Below, piece after piece: positions 39,111-50,010 of a DNA stretch of 64,000 bases. How positions within the stretch are numbered: the stretch's first letter is position 1; each line of letters starts with the position of its first letter. Origin of the DNA: Clostridiales bacterium (GTDB taxonomy: Bacteria; Bacillota; Dehalobacteriia; UBA7702); the NCBI GenBank assembly GCA_036644995.1, contig JAVXOZ010000008.1:5838-69837 (forward strand), read 5' to 3'. Below the pieces are notes generated by a model that did no database searches, was not told where the DNA came from, and worked only from the letters and a program-made list of their open reading frames with translations. Both the position numbers and the translations under genes were made by a program.

Positions 39111-41297
39111 TTATATTTTGTAAAGATTTAATCGCAGGGCATTTAATACCACGGAAATAGAAGAAAAGGACATGGCAGCCGCTGCTATCATGGGGTTTAA
39201 CAGTGGGCCACCAAAAAAGTATAATATACCTGCGGCAATGGGTATGCCTAAAATATTGTAGAAAAATGCCCAAAACAAATTCTGTTTTATATTTCTCATA
39301 GTGGCTTTGGATAAAGCTATGCTTTTGGTAACACCCTGAAGATTAGAGGACATGATTACCACATCGGCTGTGGCTATGGCAGCATCAGTACCGCCACCCA
39401 TGGCTATACCCACATCTGCGGTGGCAAGTGCCGGGGCATCATTTATGCCATCTCCAACCATGGCTACGGTTGCACCTTTGCTTTTTAATTTAGCTATGAT
39501 ATTGGCTTTATCCTCAGGCAAAACTTCGGAAAAAATTTGTTTTATCCCCACTGCATTCCCAATGGCGGCGGCTGTTTCTTTTTTGTCACCGGTTAACAAA
39601 ACCGTGTTAATCTTGGCATTTTTTAAAGATTGAATTACGGTTTCGGCATTTTCTTTTAAGGGGTCTGCCAAGGCAATTATTCCTATTATTTCATTGTTTT
39701 TGCAAAAAAAGATTGGTGTTTTACCTGCTTTCCCTAAATCATCTGCAATACTTTTCCAAGAGCCAATGTTTATGGCTTGGTCTTTTAATGATTTTTCATT
39801 ACCTGCGGAATATTGAACATCATCAAGGTTAGCCTTGATACCGCTGCCGGGTAATGCTGTAAAATCACTTACTTTTAAAAGTGTTAATTTTTTATTTTTG
39901 GCTTCACCTAAAATTGCTTTGCCCAATGGGTGCTCGGTTTCCCGCTCTAAACTGGCGGCAATGGTTAAAAGTTCTGTTTTGGTGATGGAATTTTGGGGTA
40001 TTATATCTGTTAACTCGGGGTTTCCACGGGTTATTGTTCCTGTTTTATCAAATACTACGGTATTTATTTTGTGGCTTATTTCCAAGGCTTCGGCACTTTT
40101 AAAAATAACACCTGCTTCTGTTCCTTTGCCTGTGCCTACCATAATAGCTGTGGGAGTTGCCAAACCTAAAGCACAAGGGCAAGAAATTACCAATACCGAA
40201 ACAAATACCGTTAAAGCAAAGGAAAATTCTTTGCCCATAAATAGCCAAAAAACCCCTGCAATTAAGGCTATTACCATTACTGTGGGCACAAAATAACCTG
40301 CTATTATATCTGCTATTCTGGCTATGGGTGCTTTGGAACCTGCTGCATCCTCCACCATTTTAACAATTCTGGCTAATGCTGTATTTTTTCCACTTTGGGT
40401 GGCTATACATTTTAAGGAACCATTAAAATTTAATGAACCACCATATACATTATCTTTACTGCTTTTTTCCACAGGTATGCTTTCCCCTGTGAGCATAGAT
40501 TCATCTACCGCTGATGAACCGCTGATAATTATGCCATCACCGGGTATTTTTTCACCGGGACGCACTATAAAGATATCATCAATGATTATATCTTTGGCAG
40601 GGATTTCAATTTCTGCACCATTACGGATAACTAAAGCTTTTTGGGGGGCTAAATCCAATAATTTACCAATGCTTTTTCCTGTTTTGGCTTTGGCTTTGGC
40701 TTCCATATATCTGCCTACCATTACCAAAGCTATTATCATTGCCGCAGATTCAAAATAGATATTGTGGCTATCCCCTATAAACAGAGAATAAATGCTGTAT
40801 AGCAGTGCAGAAACAGTGCCTATGGCAACTAAACTATCCATATTGGGGTGACCTTTGAGCAAGGATGGTATGCCAATTTTATAAAATTGGGCACCGGCAA
40901 TAACCACGGGAATGGTTAAAATTAATTGGGCAATACCATTATGCAAAAATTGAGGCACAGGTATACCCACCATATGCCCCATGGATATGTAAAAAACAAA
41001 TAGGGCAAAGGTGGCGGCAATAATGAGCTTTAGTTTTTCTTTTTTTAGCCTGTCCTCATCGTCGTCATCGTTTTCTTCTTCTTGGGTAAATGCTTCAAAT
41101 CCTGCATTTTCCACGGCTTTTATAATGCCGTTTATTTCAGCTTCATCGCCTTTTTTTACTGTGGCATTTATTTTTTCAGTTGTTAGACTAACACTGACTT
41201 CTTCAACATAATTGAGCTTTTTAATTACTTTTTCGGCATTTGCCACACAGCCGGCACAATGGAGGCCACGAATATTTAATACTATTTTTTTTGACAT
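39111..41297 (-). CDS. copA: Copper-translocating P1B-type ATPase
   Basis: N-terminal HMA domain (GLHCAGC), CPC motif, [13 protein letters not shown]. 728 aa. Confidence 0.9.
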   Translation of the reverse strand: MSKKIVLNIRGLHCAGCVANAEKVIKKLNYVEEVSVSLTTEKINATVKKGDEAEINGIIKAVENAGFEAFTQEEENDDDDEDRLKKEKLKLIIAATFALFVFYISMGHMVGIPVPQFLHNGIAQLILTIPVVIAGAQFYKIGIPSLLKGHPNMDSLVAIGTVSALLYSIYSLFIGDSHNIYFESAAMIIALVMVGRYMEAKAKAKTGKSIGKLLDLAPQKALVIRNGAEIEIPAKDIIIDDIFIVRPGEKIPGDGIIISGSSAVDESMLTGESIPVEKSSKDNVYGGSLNFNGSLKCIATQSGKNTALARIVKMVEDAAGSKAPIARIADIIAGYFVPTVMVIALIAGVFWLFMGKEFSFALTVFVSVLVISCPCALGLATPTAIMVGTGKGTEAGVIFKSAEALEISHKINTVVFDKTGTITRGNPELTDIIPQNSITKTELLTIAASLERETEHPLGKAILGEAKNKKLTLLKVSDFTALPGSGIKANLDDVQYSAGNEKSLKDQAINIGSWKSIADDLGKAGKTPIFFCKNNEIIGIIALADPLKENAETVIQSLKNAKINTVLLTGDKKETAAAIGNAVGIKQIFSEVLPEDKANIIAKLKSKGATVAMVGDGINDAPALATADVGIAMGGGTDAAIATADVVIMSSNLQGVTKSIALSKATMRNIKQNLFWAFFYNILGIPIAAGILYFFGGPLLNPMIAAAAMSFSSISVVLNALRLNLYKI

Positions 41298-41334
41298 ATA
41301 AAAATCTCCTTTTTCTTTCTATTATAGTGCCAAA

Positions 41335-42000
41335 TTATTTTAATTCGATACTACCTAAAATAGCAGAACAATCCAAATGCACCGTGGGGCAATTAATTGC
41401 CATGGATTGGGTGGTTTTATTTTCCACAGAGCCTAAAAAAGGTGAGCTGCTTATCATAATTTTTACATTGGGCGGAAAAAATATTTCCACACTGCCCATA
41501 AAAGCATAGGCACTGATATGTATATCTTTTTCAATTATTGCACAACTTAAATCTAAAACCGAAGTCCCCATTACCGCACTGATTTTTCCGCCGTAGTAGG
41601 GTTCATTGGTTACCCTGCCTTGGGCATTGCTGCAAAATGATGCTATATTGCTGTTGGTGCTATTTTTTGGGTACATAAAGCGTTTTATGCCCCCAATGCC
41701 AAAAATTAGAGCAATTCCCAGTATAACAAAAAATCCGGGAATAATCAATTTCCATAATAGTCCCCAAGGAATAATACCCCAAGCGGAAACCAGCAATCCC
41801 AAACCTATTATAAGCCCTACGCTATTGCACCAATTAAAGCCTTTTTTAATAATACTTGCAACACAGGGGATAATAATAAATAAGGTCCACCAACCGTGAA
41901 AGAAAATATCAATAGCCCAAAAATTTAAGGCATTGCCACCTAATATTACCCCCAAAAGAATAAGGAGCACTCCCCAGCATACAGAACCAAAATTTCTCAT
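41335..42000 (-). CDS. Membrane protein with LiaF-like (DUF2154) C-terminal domain
   Basis: N-terminal 4-5 TM segments followed by a beta-rich C-terminal domain resembling LiaF/YvqF. It lies upstream of copA on the same strand. Confidence 0.45.
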   Translation of the reverse strand: MRNFGSVCWGVLLILLGVILGGNALNFWAIDIFFHGWWTLFIIIPCVASIIKKGFNWCNSVGLIIGLGLLVSAWGIIPWGLLWKLIIPGFFVILGIALIFGIGGIKRFMYPKNSTNSNIASFCSNAQGRVTNEPYYGGKISAVMGTSVLDLSCAIIEKDIHISAYAFMGSVEIFFPPNVKIMISSSPFLGSVENKTTQSMAINCPTVHLDCSAILGSIELK

Positions 42001-42253
42001 AAATTACCTCATTTTTCTTTGTGTTATATATTTAGCAATAAAAATAAAAAAGCCTCATCAGTTAGGTTATTTTGTTCCTTTATTTACACTTTCAGCCATC
42101 TCATTTATCCCATATAACGTTTTATTTTAAGTATAACATAGTGATAAAATCTTTTCATTAAAATAACATTAAAAACCATATTAATTTGTAGTTAATATTT
42201 TTTATAAATATGTTAGTTTTCCGAATTTTTTATCTCTTTATGCGTCAAATTAC

Positions 42254-42281
42254 TTGACAAATCATCACAACATGTTATAAT
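42254..42281 (+). promoter_or_regulatory. Sigma-A-type promoter of the MarR gene (TTGACA-N16-TATAAT), followed by an inverted repeat AAATTTGT-N11-ACAAATTT (42295-42321) as candidate operator
   Basis: Consensus hexamers are read directly from the sequence. The palindrome lies between the -10 element and the RBS. Confidence 0.55.
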
Positions 42282-42358
42282 ATAGCATAGGTTGAAATTT
42301 GTTATGACAAAATTACAAATTTAATATAGGAAATTCAGAAAGGTATTGATGAAATATT

Positions 42359-42832
42359 ATGAAGCAAGTAAAAAAAGAAATTAATGAATTTTTAGTGGAA
42401 ACTTTTAACGACATACTTAAAATTGAAGAATCCACACTAAAAAAATCACCTTACAGCAATGTTACCATGAAAGAGTTCCATCTTTTGGAAACAGTGTACA
42501 GACGTGGTAAAAACAACGGTGATAATACCGCAGGTGCCATAGCCAAAGAATTGAGAGTTACCCCGGGTACATTAACTACTGCGGTTAAATTATTGGAGAA
42601 AAAGGGCTATCTAAAAAGATTAAAAGATGCTAAAGATAAACGCTCTGTACATATTGTGGTAACAAAACTTGGGGAAAAAGCCAATGTAGACCATCAAAAA
42701 TTCCATAACGATATGGTGGAAGACGTTATTTCTGTATTATCTGAAGATGAATCCAAAGCGTTTTTAAAAGGACTTAAAACACTGGGTGATTTCTTTGAAC
42801 AGCAGGATAAAAAAATCAACAAAATAAACTAA
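42359..42832 (+). CDS. MarR-family transcriptional regulator
   Basis: Winged-helix region TPGTLTTAVKLLEKKGYLKRLKDAKDKRSVHIVVT. 157 aa. Confidence 0.85.
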   Translation: MKQVKKEINEFLVETFNDILKIEESTLKKSPYSNVTMKEFHLLETVYRRGKNNGDNTAGAIAKELRVTPGTLTTAVKLLEKKGYLKRLKDAKDKRSVHIVVTKLGEKANVDHQKFHNDMVEDVISVLSEDESKAFLKGLKTLGDFFEQQDKKINKIN

Positions 42833-42849
42833 TATATAAAATGAAAAAA

Positions 42850-42897
42850 GGCAGGTCAAGGTTATCTTTTAAGATAATCAGTGACCTGCTGTTTTTA
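42850..42897 (+). terminator. Rho-independent terminator of the MarR gene
   Basis: GCAGGTCAAGGTTATCTTTTAAGATAATCAGTGACCTGC followed by TGTTTTTATTT. Confidence 0.8.
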
Positions 42898-42901
42898 TTT
42901 A

Positions 42902-42949
42902 TGGTTCTATACTAAATATTGTGGTGTATGATATAAGCTTTATAAAAAG
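42902..42949 (+). repeat. 46-bp motif copy B (tggttctatactaaatattgtggtgtatgatataagctttataaaaag)
   Basis: Near-identical to 2843-2888. It also lies directly 3' of a terminator. Confidence 0.6.
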
Positions 42950-42968
42950 TCTCAAAAAAGAGCCTTAA

Positions 42969-43748
42969 TTATTCGCTCATGGTTATTAATTGGTCTATGC
43001 GGTTTTTGGCTTCTACTAAAAATTCTTTTTCATTTTTGTAAATTTCGGTATTGGCAATTAGCTCCATGGTGTAGGGAATATTTCTATTTTTTATCAGTGG
43101 TATAATTTTAGTGAAATCTATTTCGCCGTCAAAGGGTAACCAATGTCTATCTTTAATGCCATCGTTATCTGAAAGATGATAAGCGGATAAAAGTTTATTG
43201 TATTTTTCCAGCAAGTAAAATTCATCTCTGAGATTGGCGTGGGATGTATCAAAGCAAAAGCCCAATTCTTTTACGGGAAATTCTGCCCACACTGCTTCTA
43301 AATAATCACTGCGCCAGGTATTTTCCAAGGATAGCACTGTATTGTTGGCTTGAGCTACAGGGATAAGTGCCTCAATACTTTTAAGCAAGCTTTTGTTGGG
43401 TGCAGGTACCTCGCCTTTTTCACATAAATGCAACACCAAATTATGTAAATTGTAATCTGCCATTTCTTCAATGGTGCGGCAAATTGGCTCAAGGTGCTTT
43501 TTGCGTTTAAGGTTATCTTCACTCCATATAGCGTTATCATCACACCCGGACATATGGATGTTAAAAATATCTAAATCCATAGCCCTTGTGTTTTTTACCA
43601 TTTCTGAACAGGTGATGGGCCATGAGCATACTTCATCTTCCCACCAAATCATTATTCCGTCAAAGCCGGTTTCTTTAATTAATTCAATGCGTTGATTAAA
43701 ATCTGTAAAGAAACCATACCAACTAAAAATTCCGGTTTGTTCTGACAT
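42969..43748 (-). CDS. Sugar phosphate isomerase/epimerase (xylose-isomerase-like TIM barrel) family protein
   Basis: 259 aa with conserved His/Asp/Glu pattern (HLCEKG, DTSHANL) of the AP-endonuclease-2/TIM-barrel family. Confidence 0.55.
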   Translation of the reverse strand: MSEQTGIFSWYGFFTDFNQRIELIKETGFDGIMIWWEDEVCSWPITCSEMVKNTRAMDLDIFNIHMSGCDDNAIWSEDNLKRKKHLEPICRTIEEMADYNLHNLVLHLCEKGEVPAPNKSLLKSIEALIPVAQANNTVLSLENTWRSDYLEAVWAEFPVKELGFCFDTSHANLRDEFYLLEKYNKLLSAYHLSDNDGIKDRHWLPFDGEIDFTKIIPLIKNRNIPYTMELIANTEIYKNEKEFLVEAKNRIDQLITMSE

Positions 43749-43796
43749 TGTTTTGCCTCTATTCTTTGAAATATAGTAAATATCCAGGCTGTTGAT

Positions 43797-43945
43797 AAAG
43801 TCTGATATTCGGCAAAATCCCTTCCCATCCGCTGTTTATGTACATTTAGGTACATAAGCATCCACTGCTCAGGGAGTTTTACCGAATCTAAGTCTTTCTT
43901 AACAGTCTGGCATCTTGTCAAACAACTATGTTTTTTGACAATCTG
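43797..43945 (+). repeat. Intergenic structured repeat element, copy 3
   Basis: Same element. The inner palindrome GCTGTTTATGTAC/GTACATAAGCATCC is nearly intact. It ends in TTTTTTGACAATCTG. Confidence 0.8.
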
Positions 43946-43967
43946 AATATGTTGATTATTTTATTGA

Positions 43968-44855
43968 TTAAGTTACCGCCATGGGGTCTTTGGAATTTTG
44001 CCATTCCAACCAAATTACTGTGGCAATTATTAAAGAACCACCCATAAGCAGGTTCATGGTAAAGGCTTCAAATCCCAACAGTACCGAAAAAGCGGCACCA
44101 AAAAATGATTCAAAAGATAGTAATATAGCGCTTGTGGAAGTTGGCGTGTATTTTTGCCCAAAAGTTTGTAAAAACAAGCATAAAGCGGTGGGAAAAATGG
44201 CAAGATAAGTCATAACCAACATACCTGAGCCCCATTGTACTCCGGAAAAATCTCCGCCTTCAAAAACAAAAAAGGTAAAGGTGGATAGCACTGCCACTGT
44301 GGCAAGTTGTAGAAAGGATAGCCGTAATGGGTGTTTTCCTTTGGCGTTTACCCCTAAATAAGCAATGTGACAAGCGTAAGCCAAAGCACAGCCTAAAGTG
44401 AGAGTATCACCTATGTTAAAATTCAATCCTGCATTTGTCCAAGTTAAAATAGCTATGCCGATAAAGCAGATAAAAACCGCTATAAAAACCCGTATATTTG
44501 GCTTTTTTTTAAAAATCAACCAAGATATAAATGGTACCATTAAAAGATTGGTGGCGGTGAGTATGGCATTATTGGAAACTGTGGTAAATTGCAAACCCAC
44601 AGTTTGTAAATAAAAACCAAAAAAGTAAAATACACCTGCGGTTATACCAACTTTTACCTCAGATTTGGTAAGTTTTATTACATTTTTATTTAAAGCTATA
44701 AGTAAAACCAAAGCACCCATTAAGAACCTGAGCATATTGAGGAGTCCGGGCTTAAAACCACAGGATAAAGCCATATCCACAGCAATAAAACCGCTGCCCC
44801 AAATTAAGGCAGTTGTTAAAAGTGCTGCTTCCCCTTTAAATTTTTTGAAATTCAT
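43968..44855 (-). CDS. EamA/DMT-family transporter (10 TM)
   Basis: 295 aa with two EamA-like 5-TM repeats. Confidence 0.8.
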   Translation of the reverse strand: MNFKKFKGEAALLTTALIWGSGFIAVDMALSCGFKPGLLNMLRFLMGALVLLIALNKNVIKLTKSEVKVGITAGVFYFFGFYLQTVGLQFTTVSNNAILTATNLLMVPFISWLIFKKKPNIRVFIAVFICFIGIAILTWTNAGLNFNIGDTLTLGCALAYACHIAYLGVNAKGKHPLRLSFLQLATVAVLSTFTFFVFEGGDFSGVQWGSGMLVMTYLAIFPTALCLFLQTFGQKYTPTSTSAILLSFESFFGAAFSVLLGFEAFTMNLLMGGSLIIATVIWLEWQNSKDPMAVT

Positions 44856-45015
44856 TGTTTTCTCCTAAATTATGATATCGAAAATGAATTATAGCACAAA
44901 AAACTGTGAAAATAAACGAATAATATAAAATTAGCATGAAAATACAATAAATTCCCTTTACAAATAAAAAAAATTGCTATAACATGTTATGAAATAAGTA
45001 AGGAGATATGTATCA

Positions 45016-46464
45016 ATGAAAAAAAATATGAATTATACAATGCTGTGTGATTTTTATGAGTTAACTATGTCTAATGGTTACTTTCAATTAGGTTGGGAAT
45101 CTAAAATCACTTATTTCGATGTTTTTTTTAGAAGAATACCAGATAATGGCGGCTTTGCTATTGCGGCAGGGTTAGAACAAGTTATTGACTATATTGAAAA
45201 TTTGAATTTTGATGAAGATGATATCGCATTGCTGCGTAAAAAAGGTATATTTGATGAAGCATTTTTAAAATATTTGGAAACTTTTAAGTTCCATGGTGAT
45301 ATTTATGCAGTGCCTGAAGGTACTCCTGTTTTTCCCAATGAACCTATTTTAACGGTACGTGCCCCGGCTATGGAGGCACAATTTATTGAAACATTTATTT
45401 TATTATCCTTAAATCATCAAAGTTTAATTGCAACCAAGTCCAATAGAATCTGCCGAGCTGCGGCAGGTAGACCTATATCAGAATTTGGCTCCCGCCGTGC
45501 TCAAGGTGCCGATGCTGCTATATTAGGGGCACGTGCTGCCTGTATTGGTGGTTGTGCAGGAACTGCCTGCACCATTTCGGATTTGCTTTTTGATACCCCC
45601 GCAGGTGGTACCATGGCTCATTCTTGGGTGCAAATGTTTGATACGGAATTAGAATCATTTCAGGCATATTGCCGCACTTATCCTCAAAAACCCACACTCT
45701 TAGTGGATACTTATAATGTTACAAAAAGCGGTGTGCCCAATGCTATTGCGGCTTTTAAGGAATTTGGCATTGAAGATGGCGCTATTAGATTAGATTCCGG
45801 AGATATTACTTATCTTAGTAAAAAAGCCAGAAAAATGCTGGATGATGCAGGTTTGCCAAATTGCAAAATTGTGGTTTCAAATTCTTTAGATGAGTTTATT
45901 ATCCGTGATTTATTGCTTCAAGGTGCTCAAATAGATGCTTTTGGGGTGGGTGAACGCTTAATAACTGCCAGCAGTGAGCCTGTTTTTGGTTGTGTTTATA
46001 AATTGGCAGCCATTGAAGATGATAAAGGTAACATAATACCAAAAATAAAAATCAGTGAAAATGCAGAAAAAATAACCACACCCCATTTTAAAAAAGTGTA
46101 TCGTATTTTTGATAATGCCACAGGTAATGCCAATGCGGACTTGGTGTCTATTTTTGATGAAGAATTTGATGAATCTAAACCTTTAACAATTTTTGATTCC
46201 GATTATCCTTGGAAGAAAAAAGTATTTACCGATTATACTATGAAAGAATTATTGGTGCCTATATTCAAAAATGGTGAAAAAGTTTACAACAGTCCTTCGG
46301 TTGCGGAAATTAAAGCTCATTCCCAACAACAGATTGATAAATTATGGGATGAAATGAAACGTTTTGAACATCCCCATATCTATTACGTTGACCTTTCGGA
46401 AAAACTGTGGAAAATTAAGAAAGATTTGATTGAAAATAACTTCGGTAAATATCAAAATTCTTAA
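45016..46464 (+). CDS. pncB: Nicotinate phosphoribosyltransferase
   Basis: 482 aa, NAPRTase family N-terminus YTMLCDFYELTMSNGYF. Confidence 0.9.
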   Translation: MKKNMNYTMLCDFYELTMSNGYFQLGWESKITYFDVFFRRIPDNGGFAIAAGLEQVIDYIENLNFDEDDIALLRKKGIFDEAFLKYLETFKFHGDIYAVPEGTPVFPNEPILTVRAPAMEAQFIETFILLSLNHQSLIATKSNRICRAAAGRPISEFGSRRAQGADAAILGARAACIGGCAGTACTISDLLFDTPAGGTMAHSWVQMFDTELESFQAYCRTYPQKPTLLVDTYNVTKSGVPNAIAAFKEFGIEDGAIRLDSGDITYLSKKARKMLDDAGLPNCKIVVSNSLDEFIIRDLLLQGAQIDAFGVGERLITASSEPVFGCVYKLAAIEDDKGNIIPKIKISENAEKITTPHFKKVYRIFDNATGNANADLVSIFDEEFDESKPLTIFDSDYPWKKKVFTDYTMKELLVPIFKNGEKVYNSPSVAEIKAHSQQQIDKLWDEMKRFEHPHIYYVDLSEKLWKIKKDLIENNFGKYQNS

Positions 46465-46477
46465 AATTTACATATAG

Positions 46478-46516
46478 CAGGCAACTATTTTACCTAAAGT
46501 AGTTGCCTGTTTTTTA
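46478..46516 (+). terminator. Rho-independent terminator of pncB
   Basis: CAGGCAACTAT...TAGTTGCCTG followed by TTTTTT. A second GC-rich hairpin CCCCTTGTTG...CAACAAGGGG follows at 46576-46635. Confidence 0.8.
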
Positions 46517-46647
46517 ATGCGGTAATAAATTTAGAATCAGTGGTTTTTTATTATTTTTGATGTACTTAATATTTAAAAAAATAACCCCTTGTTGCAGTAT
46601 TATATTAGTAATATATTACTTTACAACAAGGGGTATTTTATAGTGCA

Positions 46648-46807
46648 GGCTGTTGATAAAGTCTGATATTCGGCAAAATCCCTTCCCACCCACTGCTTAT
46701 GTACATTTAGGTACACTGCACAGTCGCTGCTCAGGGAGTTTTACCGAATCTAAGGCTTTCTTAACAGCCCGGCATCTTGCCAAAAAACTATGTTTTTTGA
46801 CAATCTG
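46648..46807 (+). repeat. Intergenic structured repeat element, copy 4 (most complete; the 3' tail carries an outward TTGACA-N17-TATATA)
   Basis: GGCTGTTGATAAAGTCTGATATTCGGCAAAATCCCTTCCCACCCACTGCTTATGTACATTTAGGTACACTGCACAGTCGCTGCTCAGGGAGTTTTACCGAATCTAAGGCTTTCTTAACAGCCCGGCATCTTGCCAAAAAACTATGTTTTTTGACAATCTG. Confidence 0.8.
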
Positions 46808-46851
46808 TTTTATAGTGTTTATATAATTGATATTAAGTTTTTAAAGAATTT

Positions 46852-47439
46852 TTATTTTAATAGTTCATGGATTTTGGATTTAATTTTTACTTCTGTTATT
46901 TTGGCATCAGCTGCAACAATTTCATCGCTGTTTTGAGGATTATAGCTTTCTAAGTGTGCTACCCCAATATTTTGGGAAATATCCACAAAGCAGAGTGGTG
47001 GGAACATCACGCACCACCAGTTTTTCCCTTCTCCTGCTCCCAGTAGTATCTTAACTGCCTGATATTCCCCGGCACCGAGAGTTAGGTCGCCATATTTTTT
47101 GGTGGGGAAGATATCCTTTTTGATTTGCACCTTGGCACCATAGGTAAAACCATTTGACAGTAGAGTTTCATTGGCTATTTTTTCGATTTTATTTGAGTTT
47201 TGCGTAAGTAAATCATAGGCTTCTTGGTAATTTTTGCAGCAGTTTAAATCATGGGCAAAGGCTTTTAAAACAGCATCCCGCACTTTTAGTTTTACCTCTT
47301 GGTCATAAGGGGCATCACTATTGGCAATTACGTGAAAACGGATTAAGCTTTGTTCCGCAGTGGCGTTATTGGAGTATAGCCAAATACTGAGGGAAAAAAC
47401 AGTGGTGGAAATCAGCAGTAAAGCCAAAAACTTTTTCAA
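46852..47439 (-). CDS. spoIIR: Stage II sporulation protein R (SpoIIR)
   Basis: Signal peptide plus conserved RFHVIANSDAPYDQEVKLKVRDAVL block characteristic of SpoIIR. Confidence 0.8.
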   Translation of the reverse strand: MKKFLALLLISTTVFSLSIWLYSNNATAEQSLIRFHVIANSDAPYDQEVKLKVRDAVLKAFAHDLNCCKNYQEAYDLLTQNSNKIEKIANETLLSNGFTYGAKVQIKKDIFPTKKYGDLTLGAGEYQAVKILLGAGEGKNWWCVMFPPLCFVDISQNIGVAHLESYNPQNSDEIVAADAKITEVKIKSKIHELLK

Positions 47440-47451
47440 AATAAATCCCCC

Positions 47452-48225
47452 TTATATATGTTTTCTTAAATTGGTAAGTGCGTTTTTTTCCAATCTTGAA
47501 ACTTGAGCTTGGGAAATCCCTATTTCTGTGGCAACTTCCATTTGGGTTCTGCCTTTAAAAAAACGTAAATCTATAATTTTTTTCTCTCGTGGGCTTATTT
47601 TTTTCATAGCTTCACCTATGGCTAAGTGCTCGGTCCATAATTTATCGTTATTTTTGTCATCACCTATTTGATCCATTACCAAAAGTGGATCACCGCCATC
47701 GTGATAAATAGGCTCGTAGATGGAAATAGGGTCTTGAATGGCATCTAAAGCGTAGGTAATTGTTTCTCTTGGAACTTCAATAGCTGCAGCAATTTGCTCT
47801 ATAGTGGGTTCCTTGCCATTTTCTATTAATAATCTTTCTTTGGCTTGTAGTGCTTTATAGGCTATATCTCGCAATGAACGGCTCACACGTAGGGAATTAT
47901 TATCTCTTAAATAGCGTCTTATTTCCCCAATAATCATAGGTACTGCATAAGTGGAAAAATGCACATTTTGTGATAAATCAAAATTATCTGTGGCTTTCAT
48001 CAAGCCTATACAGCCAACTTGAAATAAATCATCAAGATTTTCACCTCTATTGGTAAACCGCTGTATTATGCTGAGTACCAATCTTAAATTTCCGCCAATT
48101 ATTTCCTCTCTGGCGTTTTCATCTCCGCTTTGCATTTCTTTAAAGAGTCCTGTCATAACCTTATTGGATAACACCGGCAGCTTTGAAGTATCAACGCCGC
48201 AAATCTCAACTTTTCTGTATTGCAT
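47452..48225 (-). CDS. sigG: Sporulation sigma factor sigma-G
   Basis: VEICGVDTSKLPVL, GNLRLVLSIIQRF, LFQVGCIGLMKA and FSTYAVPMIIGEIRRYLRDNN are nearly identical to B. subtilis SigG as I recall it. A TGAATA -35-like box lies upstream at about 48270. Confidence 0.9.
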   Translation of the reverse strand: MQYRKVEICGVDTSKLPVLSNKVMTGLFKEMQSGDENAREEIIGGNLRLVLSIIQRFTNRGENLDDLFQVGCIGLMKATDNFDLSQNVHFSTYAVPMIIGEIRRYLRDNNSLRVSRSLRDIAYKALQAKERLLIENGKEPTIEQIAAAIEVPRETITYALDAIQDPISIYEPIYHDGGDPLLVMDQIGDDKNNDKLWTEHLAIGEAMKKISPREKKIIDLRFFKGRTQMEVATEIGISQAQVSRLEKNALTNLRKHI

Positions 48226-48543
48226 ATGGTCCTCCCCAAGAATTATTCTCAGTAATAATATGGTTGAATATTCATGGGTTTATCCCGCAATAAAACCTGT
48301 AATAATGTCGAATAAACAAAAAAAGGATGCCCTAAACAACAGGGCACTCTCTTGACAGTGGCTTTAATATTTTATTGATAATTTACAGGAAATAATTTAC
48401 AGTAAAGTATAGCCTTCCAATATTTTATTAAAACAGCGGCAATTACCTTAGTTGTAATTGCCGCTGTTTAATAAACTATTAGGAAAACCCTATTAGGAAA
48501 AACGCATATAACAGAGATTATTTTTATTATAATGATTTTATTT

Positions 48544-49173
48544 TTATAATGTGCCGTAAATCCTGTCCCCTGCATCTCCAAGACCCGGAAGAATATATCC
48601 TTTTTCGTTTAGTCTTTCATCTAAAGCACCAACATATATTTCAACGTCGGGGTGTGCTTCTTCCATGATTTTTACACCTTCAGGAGAGCCGATAATGCAC
48701 ATAAGCTTTATATCTTTGCCGCCTCTTTCTTTAATAAATGAGATTGCAGCGGCACTGCTGCCCCCGGTTGCCAGCATGGGGTCTACAACTATAACTTTGT
48801 GTTTTGCTATATCCCGTGGGAGTTTGCAGTAATATTCTACAGGTTTCAATGTTTCATGGTCACGGTGAAGTCCTATGTGGCCTACTTTTGCAGCAGGCAT
48901 TAAATCTAAAATCCCATCTACCATTCCTAAACCCGCACGGAGAATAGGTATAATGGCAACTTTTTGGGAAATTACTTTGCCCACAGTTTTGGTTAGTGGT
49001 GTTTCAATGTTAATATCTTCCAAGGGAAGATTTTTTGTGGCTTCATAGCCCATCAGTAAGGAAATTTCATAAACTAATTGCCGAAAATCTTTAACTGTAG
49101 TGTTCTTATCTCGCAGCATGGTTATTTTGTGAGAGATTAAAGGGTGGTTCATAATGTGGACATTATTATTCAT
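48544..49173 (-). CDS. upp: Uracil phosphoribosyltransferase
   Basis: [15 protein letters not shown] motif, 209 aa. A terminator (GCCCTGTTGTTTAGGGC plus T7 on the minus strand) lies at 48322-48360. Confidence 0.95.
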   Translation of the reverse strand: MNNNVHIMNHPLISHKITMLRDKNTTVKDFRQLVYEISLLMGYEATKNLPLEDINIETPLTKTVGKVISQKVAIIPILRAGLGMVDGILDLMPAAKVGHIGLHRDHETLKPVEYYCKLPRDIAKHKVIVVDPMLATGGSSAAAISFIKERGGKDIKLMCIIGSPEGVKIMEEAHPDVEIYVGALDERLNEKGYILPGLGDAGDRIYGTL

Positions 49174-49206
49174 GATCTGCCTCCAGTTCTTCTATTTTAG
49201 CTTTAT

Positions 49207-49500
49207 CACATTCTAATTCTTGGGTAAAAGTAAATTCATAATTACACCAACAACCACGGCAATGAATAAGCCTGAGAGTGTTAAGGAAACCGCACCAATA
49301 TTTATGCTAAGACCGCCTGTGGCACTGAATGCCGCTAAAAAGGCAAAAGAAGAGCCCTGGAATACAGGAACCTCAAATTTGGTACATACATTAAAAATAA
49401 GCGTATCAAAGCCTACTGTAACCAGAGTTACTGCGGTATTTAAGCGGTAATAAGTGGTACTAAAATGGTGCTCCCAAACATTGCGAACATATGCTGGATG
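49207..49500 (-). pseudogene. Remnant of a uracil permease gene (NCS2 family; C-terminal about 95 codons only)
   Basis: Minus-strand translation gives ...SSFAFLAAFSATGGLSINIGAVSLTLSGLFIAVVVGVIMNLLLPKN*, a typical NCS2 C-terminus. No start codon is present, and in-frame stops lie upstream at about 49555. Position upstream of upp fits a decayed pyrP-like gene. Confidence 0.5.
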
Positions 49501-49850
49501 CCAAGAAGTAAATCCTTGCTGTTGAGTCTTTACATTAAAAAAGTATCTTCTAAATCATTGTTTATCAGATAAAACCCTTAAACTTTCAAAATTATACAAT
49601 ATTTTTATTTAATTGTCCAGTGGGTGTTCCTTGTCAATGTATTTTTTGGTGGGATAGGGAGTAAACACCACAGCCACATAGGTATAGAAGGTTAAAAAAA
49701 ATTCTTTTTTAACACCAAGTGCAAATTTTTGTTTTTTATAGAACAATCAAAAAAAAATACAATAACAAATAATTGAAATTACAAAACATTGTGAAAAGTA
49801 GATATATTTGACATATGTGTTGAAATACGCTCCTAAACGGCTTTTTTGGC

Positions 49851-49879
49851 TTGCAATTTATTTTCCATAGAAGTATAAT
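49851..49879 (+). promoter_or_regulatory. Strong sigma-A-type promoter (TTGCAA-N17-TATAAT) driving the ech operon, with about 130-nt leader
   Basis: Hexamers and spacing read directly from the sequence. No other consensus promoter lies between 49560 and 50010. Confidence 0.6.
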
Positions 49880-50010
49880 TACAATGTAAATTTAACGTGG
49901 GTGCTCATTTCCATCAAATACCATTGTCATTATTCGACATAATATGTATTATACTAAAGAGAAGGAAATGAAAATACCCAAAGAAACCAAAAGAAGAGGG
50001 GGATTTAAAA

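Noticed and set aside
39111-41297. CopA N-terminal metal-binding site reading CAGC rather than the usual CxxC with Thr/Ser
   Set aside because: It is still a CxxC pair within an HMA fold, and variation at the x positions is common. Not evidence of altered specificity.
43679-43921. 80-aa minus-strand ORF across repeat element copy 3
   Set aside because: It covers the structured repeat and is not conserved in the other copies, where stops interrupt the frame.
49220-49450. Plus-strand 76-aa ORF upstream of upp
   Set aside because: The opposite strand in the same interval translates into a convincing NCS2 permease C-terminus, so the plus-strand ORF is an antisense artefact of that gene remnant.
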